Positions 27,538 through 39,011 are shown, counted from the stretch's first letter. The stretch: 64,000 nt of DNA from an uncultured Rhodanobacteraceae bacterium (GCA_966248875.1 CBINBI010000011.1:1287-65286), one strand, 5' to 3'. The notes: generated by a model not told the origin, from the sequence alone. Numbers and translations: made by a program.

Positions 27538-28187
27538 GGCTTGCCGTCGGCGTAGGGCACCACGAAGGCCGGCGCGCGCGAAAACACCAGCACGGGCGCG
27601 TCGCTCTCCTCCGCCATGTCGCGGGTGACGATGATGCGGCCGTCGGGATCGGACATCAGCAGGCGTTCGCTCGCGCCTTCGATGGTGAGCATCGCCGCGC
27701 TGCCGGGCCCGAAATGCACCTCGATGCCGCTGATCGCCGGCGCCGCGGCGCCGCGCGTGGCAGCGTAGAACGCTTTCACCTGCTCGAGCCCGGCCTCGAT
27801 CTCGCTCCAGGGAACGCGCAGACGATCCGCGCCGCGCAGTGCGACATTGACGATGAGCGCCAGCGAGCCCTTCGGCTGGTTCGTCTCGACCGGCGGATTC
27901 TCCTCGCGCAACGCATCGTTGACCGGAAATGACACCTCGCCGTCCGCGGCGACCGGCACCGGTATCGCACCCTGTTTGGCATGAATGACGATGCGGATGT
28001 CCTCGGGCTTCACGCCCGGCATCTTGCTCTCGATGCGCTCGATCGCGACGAGGCGGTCGTACTTGTTTATCGCACCCACCGGCGAGAGCACCTGATACAG
28101 CGTGAGATACGGCGTCGTGCCGGCCTGATCGGCAGCCATCGCCGGAGCGGCGAGCGCGATCGAAGCGAGCACGGTGAGCATTTTCAT
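27534..28187 (-). CDS. Periplasmic protein of unknown function (signal peptide)
   Basis: MKMLTVLASIALAAPAMAAD signal; 217 aa; no recognised family. ATGA overlap with the GST remnant. Start at internal ATG 28187. Confidence 0.6.
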   Translation of the reverse strand: MKMLTVLASIALAAPAMAADQAGTTPYLTLYQVLSPVGAINKYDRLVAIERIESKMPGVKPEDIRIVIHAKQGAIPVPVAADGEVSFPVNDALREENPPVETNQPKGSLALIVNVALRGADRLRVPWSEIEAGLEQVKAFYAATRGAAAPAISGIEVHFGPGSAAMLTIEGASERLLMSDPDGRIIVTRDMAEESDAPVLVFSRAPAFVVPYADGKP

Positions 28188-28251
28188 GGCGAACGAGCAG
28201 GCGGACGCGCGCGACGGAGCCAAGCCTAGCAGACGCGCCGCGGAAGCGGAC

Positions 28252-28515
28252 TCAGGCGGTAATCGGCGAGGGATCGCGCGAGCCGCCCGGCTGCCGCCGC
28301 TCGCGCAGGTCGGCGTCGATGGCCGCGGCAATCGGCGCGGCGCGCTCGATATCGGTCTCCGCGACCATGACGGTGACGAAATCGCGCGCCGGCAGCTGGC
28401 CGACGGCGCCGGTCAGGTATTCGCCCGCCACGTAGGCCGCGATGCCGGCGTCGGCCAGCGCCGCCTTGACCAGGTTGGCATCGATGATGTTTTCGGCGCG
28501 ATAGATGATCTTCAC
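28252..28515 (-). CDS. DUF2007-like small protein (putative signal-transducing fold)
   Basis: 87 aa: MKIIYRAENIIDANLVKAALADAGIAAYVAGEYL... resembles the recalled DUF2007 family. Confidence 0.5.
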   Translation of the reverse strand: MKIIYRAENIIDANLVKAALADAGIAAYVAGEYLTGAVGQLPARDFVTVMVAETDIERAAPIAAAIDADLRERRQPGGSRDPSPITA

Positions 28516-28708
28516 GGGCCCACGCTAGCCCAAGCCGGACTTGCGCGCAAACGAGCCCGCCGGACGGGAAGCGCCCCGCCGGACGTACAAAGCTGCTTTT
28601 TTCTACAACCGTCCGGGGCTATGATCGGGCTCGCCCGCAAGGGTGCGCGGTGGGGAGCGAGATGCTTGGCCGCGCCGGTTGCTCCGCCCTGCACAGAACG
28701 AGGCCTCA

Positions 28709-29020
28709 ATGGCCCTCATACTGCCCGACGACGAGCTCGCCGAGCGAATACGCGCCTGCGTGCTGGAACTGCTCATCGCGCGCGGGCCGGGTCGCAGCAT
28801 CTGCCCCAGCGAAGCCGCGCGCATGCTGGCCATGCGGACCGGCACGCCTTGGCAGCACCTGATGCGCCCGATCCGCACCGTCGCCGCCGCGATGGCCGAA
28901 GCCGGCACCATCGAAGTGCTGCAGCACGAGGCCGTCGTCGACATCGGCGACGTGCGCGGACCCGTCCGCCTGCGTCTGCGGGCGCTGCACGGAGAGCGGA
29001 CCGGCGAAGTCGCCGCGTGA
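28709..29020 (+). CDS. DUF3253-like small protein
   Basis: 103 aa: ...GRSICPSEAARML...WQHLMRPIRTVAAAMAEAGTIEVLQ resembles the recalled DUF3253. Start at internal ATG 28709. Confidence 0.5.
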   Translation: MALILPDDELAERIRACVLELLIARGPGRSICPSEAARMLAMRTGTPWQHLMRPIRTVAAAMAEAGTIEVLQHEAVVDIGDVRGPVRLRLRALHGERTGEVAA

Positions 29021-29184
29021 GAACCCGCGCCTGACGCCGGGCAAATGAAGGTCGGCAATGCGGTGTCGGCGATTACGCCCGGCCGACGGCGCGATTTCGC
29101 GGACCCGCTTCTGTTCGCTTTCGCGGATGCCGCCGCTACACTGCGCGATCCGCTCGACCGACGCCGCGCAACGCGGCACCGCAC

Positions 29185-30906
<1,722 letters not shown>

Positions 30907-30950
30907 GGCGCGTTCCGCCGGTTCTCGTACCGCGCGCTCCCGCCAGCAGC

Positions 30951-32078
30951 TCAGGCGTGCGCTCTCACGGCCGCCGGCTCCGGATTCATCACACGCAGGT
31001 AATGCCGGTCGAAGGCGGCGAGCTGGCTTTCGAGCTCCGAGTACGGGCCGGGTTCCCACGCCAGTGAGGTCACGCCGCGGTGCGCAGCCTCGCAGAGCTC
31101 CCAGTCCTGGCGATTGGTGAGATCCCAGAACGCGATCGCGGGCTCGGGATCGAAGCCCGGCGCCGCGATCGAGTCAGGATGGAAATACCAGTCGCAGACG
31201 ACGCGCGTCCGGTCGATCGCGAGCGATTGCGCGCGGTGCACGAGCACGTAATCGGGATGGAACGAGACGAACGCGCTCGGAAACACGGTGTAGTAATAGA
31301 CGCGCGCGCGCTCCTCGGCCGTAAGGCCCGCGAACGGAAGCGCGCAGCGAGCGCCGCCGATCGTCATGCTGCCTTCCGGATTGACCATCGACATCGGCCC
31401 GCCGAGCACGGGCCCTTCCTCGAGATCGTTCTCGGAGTTGCGGAACGGCGTCAGCTTGTTGAGCAGCGGATGCACCGTCGGGCAGTGGTAGCACTCGCTG
31501 AAGTTGTGGAAGAGGAGCTTCCAGTTAGCCTCGACGTCGTAGACTTTGGTGTGCACGGAGCGCAGCTCGTCCGCGCGCCGGCGCGCGAACCGCCCGACCA
31601 GCGCTGGCAGCGCCTCGGCGAAAGGCTGCGGCTGGCGCGCGAGATTGACGAACACGAATCCCTGCCACACATCGAGCGCGACCCGGTGCAGCGGATAGTC
31701 GGCCGCGTCGAAGCCGGCCACGTCGTTCATGGTCGGCACCGCGCGCAGCGCGCCGTCCAGGCCGTACGTCCATGCGTGATAGGGGCACTGGATCGTGGAT
31801 CCGAACGTGCCGGAACTGGCGCGGCAGAGCCGGCTGCCGCGATGGCGGCAGTGGTTGTGAAACGCCCGCACCGTTCCGGTTCCGTCACGCAGCACGATCA
31901 CGCTTTCGCGATCGAGCTCGAACAGGAAATAGCTGCCCGGGCGCTCGAGCTGCGATACGTGTCCGGCCAGCAGCCAGGAGCGATGGAAGATCCGCTCGCG
32001 CTCGGCGCGGAAAATCTCCTCGGACGTGAAATATTCGCGCGGCAGCGTGTGCTGGCCGAAGGACGTGCGGGCTTTCAT
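30951..32078 (-). CDS. Rieske [2Fe-2S] aromatic-ring-hydroxylating oxygenase alpha subunit-like protein
   Basis: Rieske motif CRHRGSRLC...CPYHAWTY. Mononuclear-iron region NFSECYHCPTVHP. Start ambiguous between ATG 32078 and 32117. Confidence 0.8.
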   Translation of the reverse strand: MKARTSFGQHTLPREYFTSEEIFRAERERIFHRSWLLAGHVSQLERPGSYFLFELDRESVIVLRDGTGTVRAFHNHCRHRGSRLCRASSGTFGSTIQCPYHAWTYGLDGALRAVPTMNDVAGFDAADYPLHRVALDVWQGFVFVNLARQPQPFAEALPALVGRFARRRADELRSVHTKVYDVEANWKLLFHNFSECYHCPTVHPLLNKLTPFRNSENDLEEGPVLGGPMSMVNPEGSMTIGGARCALPFAGLTAEERARVYYYTVFPSAFVSFHPDYVLVHRAQSLAIDRTRVVCDWYFHPDSIAAPGFDPEPAIAFWDLTNRQDWELCEAAHRGVTSLAWEPGPYSELESQLAAFDRHYLRVMNPEPAAVRAHA

Positions 32079-32161
32079 GCCGACATTTGTACGCGCGCCG
32101 CCTGCCGGCGGCAACATCGCCGCCGCGCGGCCGGCTGTCCCGCCTTCTCACTCGAGATCAT

Positions 32162-32227
32162 GGGGTGGCTTCAGCCCATCGTTCTTTCCTTTCCTGACGA
32201 ATGCACAGGGTGGGCTGAAGCCCACCC
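32162..32227. repeat. Pair of inverted REP-like hairpin elements (GGGTGGGCTGAAGCCCACCC type)
   Basis: Right copy 32208-32227 is a perfect 8-bp stem plus TGAA loop and directly abuts the TAG stop of the DUF3224 gene. Left copy 32162-32180 is a degenerate, inverted copy (GGGGTGGCTTCAGCCCATC). Confidence 0.65.
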
Positions 32228-32631
32228 TATGGGGAAAGCTCGTATTCGAGTTCGTAGAAGTGCTTGCCGTCTTCGGCGATGACGATCTTCATCGCGCCAC
32301 GGAGCCCGGTCAGCTCGCCGGTACCGGAATCCGGCACGACGACGATGTCGAGGCGGGGCTCACCGCGCGTCATCGTTCCGTTGTGCTGCAGCACGAACGT
32401 GCCCTTGCGCCCGTCCAGCGTGCCCGCGACCTTCTCGATCGCGACATAGCCGGCCGAGCCCTGGATGGCAGTCATCGCGTTCAGCATCTCGCCTTTCGAG
32501 ATGGCGTCGAGATCGCCGTGATAACGCTTGTCGAGCGACATGCGGCCGCGCGTCGCGCCCTCGCCTTCGTCGGCGAGCGCGAGCGGCTGCGGGTCGAGCT
32601 TCACTTCGAACGGACCTTTTGCAAGGGTCAT
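32227..32631 (-). CDS. DUF3224 family protein
   Basis: 134 aa from ATG 32631 (GGAGG upstream): MTLAKGPFEVKLDPQP...GTFVLQHNGTMTRGEP...GELTGLRGAMKI. The upstream part of the track ORF is shadow sequence. Confidence 0.6.
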   Translation of the reverse strand: MTLAKGPFEVKLDPQPLALADEGEGATRGRMSLDKRYHGDLDAISKGEMLNAMTAIQGSAGYVAIEKVAGTLDGRKGTFVLQHNGTMTRGEPRLDIVVVPDSGTGELTGLRGAMKIVIAEDGKHFYELEYELSP

Positions 32632-32742
32632 GGCACCTCCTGTGATGCCGACAATGCTGCACGACCCGCTGCCGGCTATCAAACGGCTCACTGCACAGAC
32701 GGCAACGGCGAAGGCTCGCAATCGGCGCGGTATGCTTGGCCG

Positions 32743-33078
32743 ATGCGCCCTCTCGTGCTCGTCGCCTGCCTCCTGCTGAACGCCTGCGCAGCCGCGTCGG
32801 CACGCTCGACCGCCACCGAGCCAGCACCGCCGCCGTCCGCTGCGGTCGATGACAGCTGCCGCACCGACGCCGACTGCGAGGTCAAGAACGTGGGCAATTG
32901 CTGCGGCTACTACCCTGCCTGCGTCAATCGTGACAGCGCCGTGTTTCCCGATCGCGTGAAGGCCGAATGCGCCAGGCACGGCACGATGGGCGTCTGCGGA
33001 TTTCCGGAGATCCGCGGCTGCTCCTGCGTGGAAGGCCGTTGCGAGGACGTCACCGATTCGGCGACGCCGGTGCGCTGA
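32743..33078 (+). CDS. Small cysteine-rich lipoprotein of unknown function
   Basis: Lipobox LLLNAC (MRPLVLVACLLLNAC), then 10 further Cys in ~65 residues (SCRTDADCEVKNVGNCCGYYPAC...ECARHGTMGVCGFPEIRGCSCVEGRC). Confidence 0.6.
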   Translation: MRPLVLVACLLLNACAAASARSTATEPAPPPSAAVDDSCRTDADCEVKNVGNCCGYYPACVNRDSAVFPDRVKAECARHGTMGVCGFPEIRGCSCVEGRCEDVTDSATPVR

Positions 33079-33091
33079 TACCCCGCTGCGC

Positions 33092-33700
33092 TCACGCCGG
33101 CAGCTGCGCAAACTCCAGTGCGGCCGCGCTGCGCATCAGCCGCAGCCCGAGATAGCAGTGCGATCCGCACGGCAGCAGGCCGGCCTGCCGGAACGTGCGC
33201 AGATACCAGGCCGGCGTCCGCGCGATGTAGCCTTCTCTGTCGCCGGTGACGCGATCGCGTTTCGTGAAGAGCTCGAGGAATGCGACGCCTTCGAGCATGT
33301 CGACGATGCCGGCAAGCCCGGCGCGGATTTCGGCGGACGAGAGATAGTGCAGCACGTCGCTGCAGACGATGAGGTCGAAACGCGTGTCGAAGCGGAGCTC
33401 GGCGAGCTGGCCGAAGCGCGCGAGGCCGATGTTGCGGCTGCGCCCGTAGCGGCGGGCGACGTATTCGCTCGAATCCAGCCCGCGATACTTGATGCCGGGC
33501 CGCAACGCGCGCAGCGGCGCGCGCCACGGAGCCTCGCCGCAGCCGACGTCGAGCACGTTGCGCAGCGGGCGTCCGAGATAATATTCGGCCACCGCGACCG
33601 CCAGCGCGACCTTGCGCTTCAGCTCGCTTCGCGAGCCGACCGCGTGGCGCGGATGGCGATACCATTTGTCGAAATAGGCGTGGTCGTAGGATTTCGGCAT
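33092..33700 (-). CDS. Class I SAM-dependent methyltransferase
   Basis: Motif I VLDVGCGEAPW, then GLDSS and LIVCSDVLHY. Confidence 0.7.
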   Translation of the reverse strand: MPKSYDHAYFDKWYRHPRHAVGSRSELKRKVALAVAVAEYYLGRPLRNVLDVGCGEAPWRAPLRALRPGIKYRGLDSSEYVARRYGRSRNIGLARFGQLAELRFDTRFDLIVCSDVLHYLSSAEIRAGLAGIVDMLEGVAFLELFTKRDRVTGDREGYIARTPAWYLRTFRQAGLLPCGSHCYLGLRLMRSAAALEFAQLPA

Positions 33701-33806
33701 CGGTCGGTTCCGCGAGGACTAAGCGCCATCGTAACCGCGGACCGCTTCCGATCGCCGCCATCGGCCACGAACGCCTGGCCGGGACACCAAGCTCACGGGA
33801 GATCGC

Positions 33807-34298
33807 ATGAGCACCGCATCCGCCACCGGCGCCGAGCGCCGGCCGCCGTTTCCGCCGTTCACGCGCGAGACCGCGATCCAGAAAGTGCGCATGGCCGAGG
33901 ACGCGTGGAACACACGCGATCCCGTCCGCGTGTCGCTCGCCTACAGCGTCGACAGCCGCTGGCGCAACCGCGCCGAGTTCTTCAGCGGCCGCGAGGCGAT
34001 CGTGGCGTTCCTGCAGCGCAAGTGGGCGCGCGAGCTCGACTACCGCCTCATCAAGGAGCTGTGGGCGTTCGCGGACGACCGCATCGCGGTGCGCTTCGCC
34101 TACGAATGGCACGACGATTCCGGGCAATGGTATCGCTCCTACGGCAACGAAAACTGGGAGTTCGACGAGAACGGGCTGATGCGCCGGCGGCACGCGAGCA
34201 TCAACGACCTGCCGATCGCCGAATCTGCGCGGCTGTACCACTGGCCGGCAGGGCCGCGTCCCGCCGACCATCCCGGTCTCTCGGATCTCGGCCTGTAA
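33807..34298 (+). CDS. DUF1348 (NTF2-like fold) protein
   Basis: [24 protein letters not shown]...[38 protein letters not shown]...[11 protein letters not shown] matches the recalled DUF1348 pattern. Confidence 0.65.
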   Translation: MSTASATGAERRPPFPPFTRETAIQKVRMAEDAWNTRDPVRVSLAYSVDSRWRNRAEFFSGREAIVAFLQRKWARELDYRLIKELWAFADDRIAVRFAYEWHDDSGQWYRSYGNENWEFDENGLMRRRHASINDLPIAESARLYHWPAGPRPADHPGLSDLGL

Positions 34299-34322
34299 GG
34301 GATCACCGCCACACGCTCGCAC

Positions 34323-35777
34323 CTACCGGGGCCAGACGCGCCGGAGCTTCGCGCAGGCCTGCACGATGCCCGCCTCGTCGATGGCGCCGTAGCCGAAAGT
34401 GAAACCCTGCCGCCCCGCTCCGCCCGACTGGAACACGCGGAGCAGCACGACGCCGACATCATGGCGGCGCGCCGCGCCGGCGAGCGCCGCCGCGTCCACC
34501 GACGGCGCCGCGAATGCCGAGAGATGAAGCCCCGCGAGACTCGGTATCGGTTCCAGCCAGCCGCCGAAGTTCTGCGCGAGGAGCCCGAGCAGCTTTTCGC
34601 GCCGCGCGGCGTAGACCGTGCGCATGCGCCGCACGTGGCGGGCGAGATGGCCCTCGGCGATGAACGCGGCGAGCGTGTCCTGCTCGATCACGCCGGTATG
34701 CCAGTCCGAATAGCGCTTCGCGGCCGTCAGCGCGGCACGCGCCCACGCGGGCGCGACGATGTAGCCGATGCGTATCGCCGGAAACAGGCTCTTCGAGAAC
34801 GTGCCGACATAGAACACGCAACCGCCGCGGTCGAGCGTCTTCAGCGCATCCAGCGGCCGCCCGCCGAAGCGGAACTCGCTGTCGTAGTCGTCCTCGACGA
34901 CGACCGCGCCGTGCGCGTGCGCGAACTCGAGCAGCGCCGCGCGCCGCCGCGCCGACATCGCGCAGCCGAGCGGAAACTGGTGCGAGGGCGTGACGCAGAC
35001 GACGCGCGCCTCGCTCGGCAGGCGCTCGACGACGAGGCCTTCCGCATCGACGCGTACCGGCACGAGCTTCGCGCCGGCCGCGGCGAATGCGTTCTGCAGC
35101 GGCGCATAGCCCGGATTCTCGACCGCGACGACGGTGCGACCCGGCGAGACCAGGATGCGCGCGAGCAGGTCGAACGCCTGCTGCGCGCCCGAGGTCACGA
35201 CGATGTCCTCGGCCGCGCACGCCACCGCGCGCGCAAAGGACACATGCCCGGCAATGCCCTCGCGCAGCAAAGGTTGACCGCGCGGGTCCGCGTACGCGGC
35301 GCTCGATCTCGCCAGCGTGCGCAGCGAGCGCGCCGTCAGCCGGCGCCAGATCGCGAACGGAAACAGCGCGAGATCGGGCACGCCCAGCCTGAAGTCGAGG
35401 CGCGGCTTCGGCGGCGGCGAGACCACGAATGCCGCGGGCGGCACGCGCCAGAATGGGGCGAGCCGTCGCCCGTTTGCCGCGACGGCAGGAGCCGTGCGCG
35501 ATTTCTTAGGGCCCCGCGCGAGCGCGCCGGCGACGAACACGCCGGCGCCGCGCCGCGCGACGACGTAGCCTTCGCTCAGCAGCAGATCGTAGGCTGCCAC
35601 CGCCGTGTTGCGCGACACGCCGCAGGCGCTCGCCAGCCGCCGCGTCGATGGCAGCCGCAGGCCTGGCTTGAGCCGCCCGTCGAGAATCGCATCGCGCAGC
35701 TGAGCGTGCAGCGAGCGCAGCAGCCGACGCGAATCGCGCCCCGGCAGCGCGATGGGCAGCTCGAAGACTGGTTCCAT
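34323..35777 (-). CDS. MocR/PdxR-type regulator: GntR wHTH fused to a fold-type I aminotransferase domain
   Basis: N-terminal LRDAILDGRLKPGLRLPSTRRLASACGVSRNTAVAAYDLLLSEGYV. Aminotransferase-like C-terminus with YVGTFSKSLFPAIRIGY (PLP Lys). Confidence 0.88.
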   Translation of the reverse strand: MEPVFELPIALPGRDSRRLLRSLHAQLRDAILDGRLKPGLRLPSTRRLASACGVSRNTAVAAYDLLLSEGYVVARRGAGVFVAGALARGPKKSRTAPAVAANGRRLAPFWRVPPAAFVVSPPPKPRLDFRLGVPDLALFPFAIWRRLTARSLRTLARSSAAYADPRGQPLLREGIAGHVSFARAVACAAEDIVVTSGAQQAFDLLARILVSPGRTVVAVENPGYAPLQNAFAAAGAKLVPVRVDAEGLVVERLPSEARVVCVTPSHQFPLGCAMSARRRAALLEFAHAHGAVVVEDDYDSEFRFGGRPLDALKTLDRGGCVFYVGTFSKSLFPAIRIGYIVAPAWARAALTAAKRYSDWHTGVIEQDTLAAFIAEGHLARHVRRMRTVYAARREKLLGLLAQNFGGWLEPIPSLAGLHLSAFAAPSVDAAALAGAARRHDVGVVLLRVFQSGGAGRQGFTFGYGAIDEAGIVQACAKLRRVWPR

Positions 35778-35908
35778 AAAAGTCGCCGATAGTGGAGCTC
35801 GTGGGAGTCCACTTTAGCGCGTAACGTGCGCATCCGGCAGCAGAGCATTGTCTGCCCGCTGCCGAGCCGCCCCGCGTTTCGCGGCGCCGCACGGAGGAGG
35901 ATCGTTTC

Positions 35909-36607
35909 GTGATCGATTTTTATTTCTCGCCCACGCCGAACGGGCTCAAGGTGCGGCTCTTCCTCGAGGAAGCCGAGCTTCCCCACCGCATCGTGCCGAT
36001 CAGGCTGAGCCGCGGCGAGCAGTTCCGGCCGGAGTTCCTGAAGATCTCGCCGAACGGCAAGATTCCGGCCATCGTCGACTACGCGCCTCCCGGCGGCGGC
36101 GAGCCGCTGTCGCTGTTCGAGTCGGGCGCGATCCTGCTCTACCTGGCGGAAAAGACCGGCCGCTTCATGCCGCCGGATTTCCGCAGCCGCATGGTCGTGA
36201 TGCAGTGGCTGTTCTGGCAGGTCGGCGGGCTCGGGCCGATGGCCGGGCAGATCGGCCACTTCAATGTCTACGCTCCGGAACCGGTGCCGTACGCGATCGA
36301 TCGCTACACGCGCGAGGTGCATCGCCTCTACGGCGTGCTCGACCGCCGGCTGGCCGGCCGGGAGTTCGTCGCCGGCGACGATTATTCGATCGCGGACATG
36401 GCGTGCTACCCCTGGATCGTGCCGCATCGGCCGCACGGGCAGGACCTCGGCGATTTTCCGCATCTCGCCCGCTGGTTCGAGGCGGTGCGCGAGCGGCCGG
36501 GCACGCGGGCGACCTATGACGGCGTCCAGGATATCTATTCGCCCGCCGAGCGAAGTTTGTCGGACGAGGCGCGCGCGATCCTGTTCGGGCAGCCGGCGCT
36601 CGCCTGA
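35909..36607 (+). CDS. yfcG: Nu-class glutathione S-transferase / disulfide-bond reductase YfcG-like
   Basis: Near-colinear with recalled E. coli YfcG: MIDFYFSPTPNGLKVRLFLEEAEL..., GEQFRPEFLKISPNGKIPAIVD, EPLSLFESGAILLYLAEKTG, MQWLFWQVGGLGPM. GTG start. Confidence 0.88.
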   Translation: MIDFYFSPTPNGLKVRLFLEEAELPHRIVPIRLSRGEQFRPEFLKISPNGKIPAIVDYAPPGGGEPLSLFESGAILLYLAEKTGRFMPPDFRSRMVVMQWLFWQVGGLGPMAGQIGHFNVYAPEPVPYAIDRYTREVHRLYGVLDRRLAGREFVAGDDYSIADMACYPWIVPHRPHGQDLGDFPHLARWFEAVRERPGTRATYDGVQDIYSPAERSLSDEARAILFGQPALA

Positions 36608-36726
36608 GCGAATCGATCGCCGGCCGTTGCTTGGGCTCGGACGGAGCACGCGGGACACCGCACACGTTGGCGCTCGCAGGCGCAAGCGGCTAGGCTGGCC
36701 GCATCACCGCAATCCCGTTGCGCCGC

Positions 36727-37287
36727 ATGCTCGTAACCGACGTCCGGCTCGCGCTTCCGCCATGGATCGAAGAGGCCGTGGACCGCGAACGCGTCTACGC
36801 GGGCGACGAGGCGCGCGTCGCCCTCGCAATCGAGCTCGCCCGGCGCAATGTCGCGGAAGGCACCGGCGGTCCGTTCGGCGCCGTGGTGTTCGACGACGGC
36901 GGTCGCGTCGTCGGTGCCGGCGTGAACGTCGTGCTGCCGCAGCACTGCTCCGCCGCGCACGCGGAAGTCATGGCCTTTGCGGCCGCGCAGGCGCTGGTGC
37001 GCCGCGCCCGGCTCGACGAAGACGGGCGCCGCTATACGCTGGCGACGAGCGCGCAGCCCTGCGCCATGTGCTATGGCGCGTGCTTCTGGGCCGGCATCGA
37101 CGAACTGCTGATCGGTGCGCGTTCGAGCGACGTGATGACGCTGAGCGACTTCGACGAAGGCCCGCTGCCGGAAGACTGGATCGGCGAGCTCGGCCGGCGC
37201 GGAATTTCCGTGCGGCGCGACATCCTGCGCGACGAGGCGTGCGCGGTGTTCCGCCTCTACGCGGAGAAAGACGGCGCAACGTATTGA
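36727..37287 (+). CDS. CMP/dCMP-type zinc deaminase (guanine-deaminase-like nucleoside deaminase)
   Basis: GGPFGAVVFD..., zinc ligands HAEVMAF and SAQPCAMCYGACFWAGI. ATG 36727 was chosen over TTG 36718. Confidence 0.75.
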   Translation: MLVTDVRLALPPWIEEAVDRERVYAGDEARVALAIELARRNVAEGTGGPFGAVVFDDGGRVVGAGVNVVLPQHCSAAHAEVMAFAAAQALVRRARLDEDGRRYTLATSAQPCAMCYGACFWAGIDELLIGARSSDVMTLSDFDEGPLPEDWIGELGRRGISVRRDILRDEACAVFRLYAEKDGATY

Positions 37288-37313
37288 CGTGTCGGCTGCG
37301 ATGCCCCGTGGCT

Positions 37314-39011
37314 TCAGTCGAAGCCGTCCGCGAAGATCGCGTCGCCGCCTTCGACGACGAGCAGGTTCGCCGACATCGGCGGCAGCGCCGCGAGCGCGAG
37401 ACCCGTGCCGGAGATCGCGCCCGTCGCGATCGCGTGCACCGCGTGGTCCGCGTCGAAGCCGAACAGGCGCCACGTGCCGTGGTGCGCGCTGTCGAAGGTC
37501 AGCGCGACGTCATGCGTGGCGGTGTCCTTGTTCGTCAGCAGCACCATCGTGCGATTGCCGGAGGTGAACGCGTAAGCGCCGATGCGATCGGCGTCCGCGC
37601 TCGTCGCGGCGACGCTGTTGCCTGAGACTTTCGATCCCGCCCCGTCGTAGTTCAGGAACAGCGTGTAAGCGCGCTCGACACGCGTATTCGGCTCGGGCGC
37701 GACCCAGCGCGTCGCGAGGTCGACGCCCTCGCGTGCGAAGATGCCGAACAGTTCGGCCTGCGCGACTGCGCCGCTCGCCGTGCCGTCGTTGCCCCAGTTG
37801 TATTCGGTGATCGCGAGCTTCGTGCCGGGGCAGTACTGATCGATCCACGCGCGCACGCGCGGTATGAGGTTCGGCTTGTCGTAGTGGTTCGCGTCGAAAT
37901 CGCCGAGATCGGCGATCCACGACTCGGAAACCCACGACGGGTCGTAGAGCTCCTTCAGCGAGCGTAAACGCCGCGCCGCCGTCCCCGGCGAATCGTCGTC
38001 GCTGAGCGCGACGTTCTGGCCCTGTGGGTAATAATGCAGGTCCAGATAATCGACTACGCGCACGCCGCCCGCGAGCGGGTGCGCGCAGACCTGCTGCAGG
38101 TACCAGGCGACGAAGGCGAGGCCGCCGTGCGCCTGTCGGTCCGGGCCGTCCATGCACTCGTCCGCGGCGGAACCGAAGAGATCGCAGTAACCCCAGGTCA
38201 CCGGTCCGGTGACGAACGCCCCGGGATCCTGCTGCTTGATCGCCGCACCGTAGCTCGCCGCCTTCGCCCAGGTTTCGTCATAGGTCGTGGGCGCCGGATG
38301 CACGTCGCGGTGCGTGGAGTTCCAGAGCATGACCTCGTTGTCGAGCGCGTAGAACCGTACGCCGCCGCCCGCCGCGCTGCCGAACGTCGCCTGGAAATGC
38401 GCGATCCAGGGTGTCCAGAACTCCGGGCCGACTTCGACCGAGGTGTCGTGCGGATCGTTGCCGGTGATCTCTGTGCCGTCGAGCCGGATGCCGTTGCCGG
38501 CGTCGGGATCCCACGGATCGGTCGACTGCTGCGCGCCATAACGGGCGACCGAGAAGCCGGCGAAGTACGGATGAGTCAGCGGGCTGTCTGCGCGCGGCGT
38601 CCAGCCGATCGTCGGAATCGTCATCAGCGGCTGACTGCCCGCGGCGAGCGCCTCGCCGACGAACGCATCGGCGGCGTTGCCGATCGGCGGCACTTCGCTG
38701 CGGTCCGTCGCGCCGGGGATATTCTCGAAGTACCAGTCCAGCGCCGTGCTGTGCACGTCGACCTGCCAGTTGTAGCGCGTCACCGAGTTGCCGCCCCAGC
38801 GACGCACGGTGTAGCCGATCTCGGCGTTGCGGTCGGCGTCGCCGAACGCGACGCCGAAGATGTACGGGCTGAAGGGATGCACGTTCGACGATGCGTCGAC
38901 GCTCACCGCAACGGCGCTGCCGCGCGGCGGCGATGCCGCATCGGCGTGCGGCGCCGCGAGTACCAGGAACGGGAGGAGCAGCCCGATGCGCATGATCCGG
39001 CCTCTCGCCAC
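37314..39011 (-). CDS. Secreted glycoside hydrolase, family 44-like (endoglucanase/xyloglucanase type)
   Basis: Signal MRIGLLLPFLVLAAPHADA. VRRWGGNSVTRYNW, acid/base context YALDNEVMLWNSTHRDVHP and nucleophile context LAITEYNWG. Alternative ATG six codons downstream. Confidence 0.7.
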   Translation of the reverse strand: MARGRIMRIGLLLPFLVLAAPHADAASPPRGSAVAVSVDASSNVHPFSPYIFGVAFGDADRNAEIGYTVRRWGGNSVTRYNWQVDVHSTALDWYFENIPGATDRSEVPPIGNAADAFVGEALAAGSQPLMTIPTIGWTPRADSPLTHPYFAGFSVARYGAQQSTDPWDPDAGNGIRLDGTEITGNDPHDTSVEVGPEFWTPWIAHFQATFGSAAGGGVRFYALDNEVMLWNSTHRDVHPAPTTYDETWAKAASYGAAIKQQDPGAFVTGPVTWGYCDLFGSAADECMDGPDRQAHGGLAFVAWYLQQVCAHPLAGGVRVVDYLDLHYYPQGQNVALSDDDSPGTAARRLRSLKELYDPSWVSESWIADLGDFDANHYDKPNLIPRVRAWIDQYCPGTKLAITEYNWGNDGTASGAVAQAELFGIFAREGVDLATRWVAPEPNTRVERAYTLFLNYDGAGSKVSGNSVAATSADADRIGAYAFTSGNRTMVLLTNKDTATHDVALTFDSAHHGTWRLFGFDADHAVHAIATGAISGTGLALAALPPMSANLLVVEGGDAIFADGFD

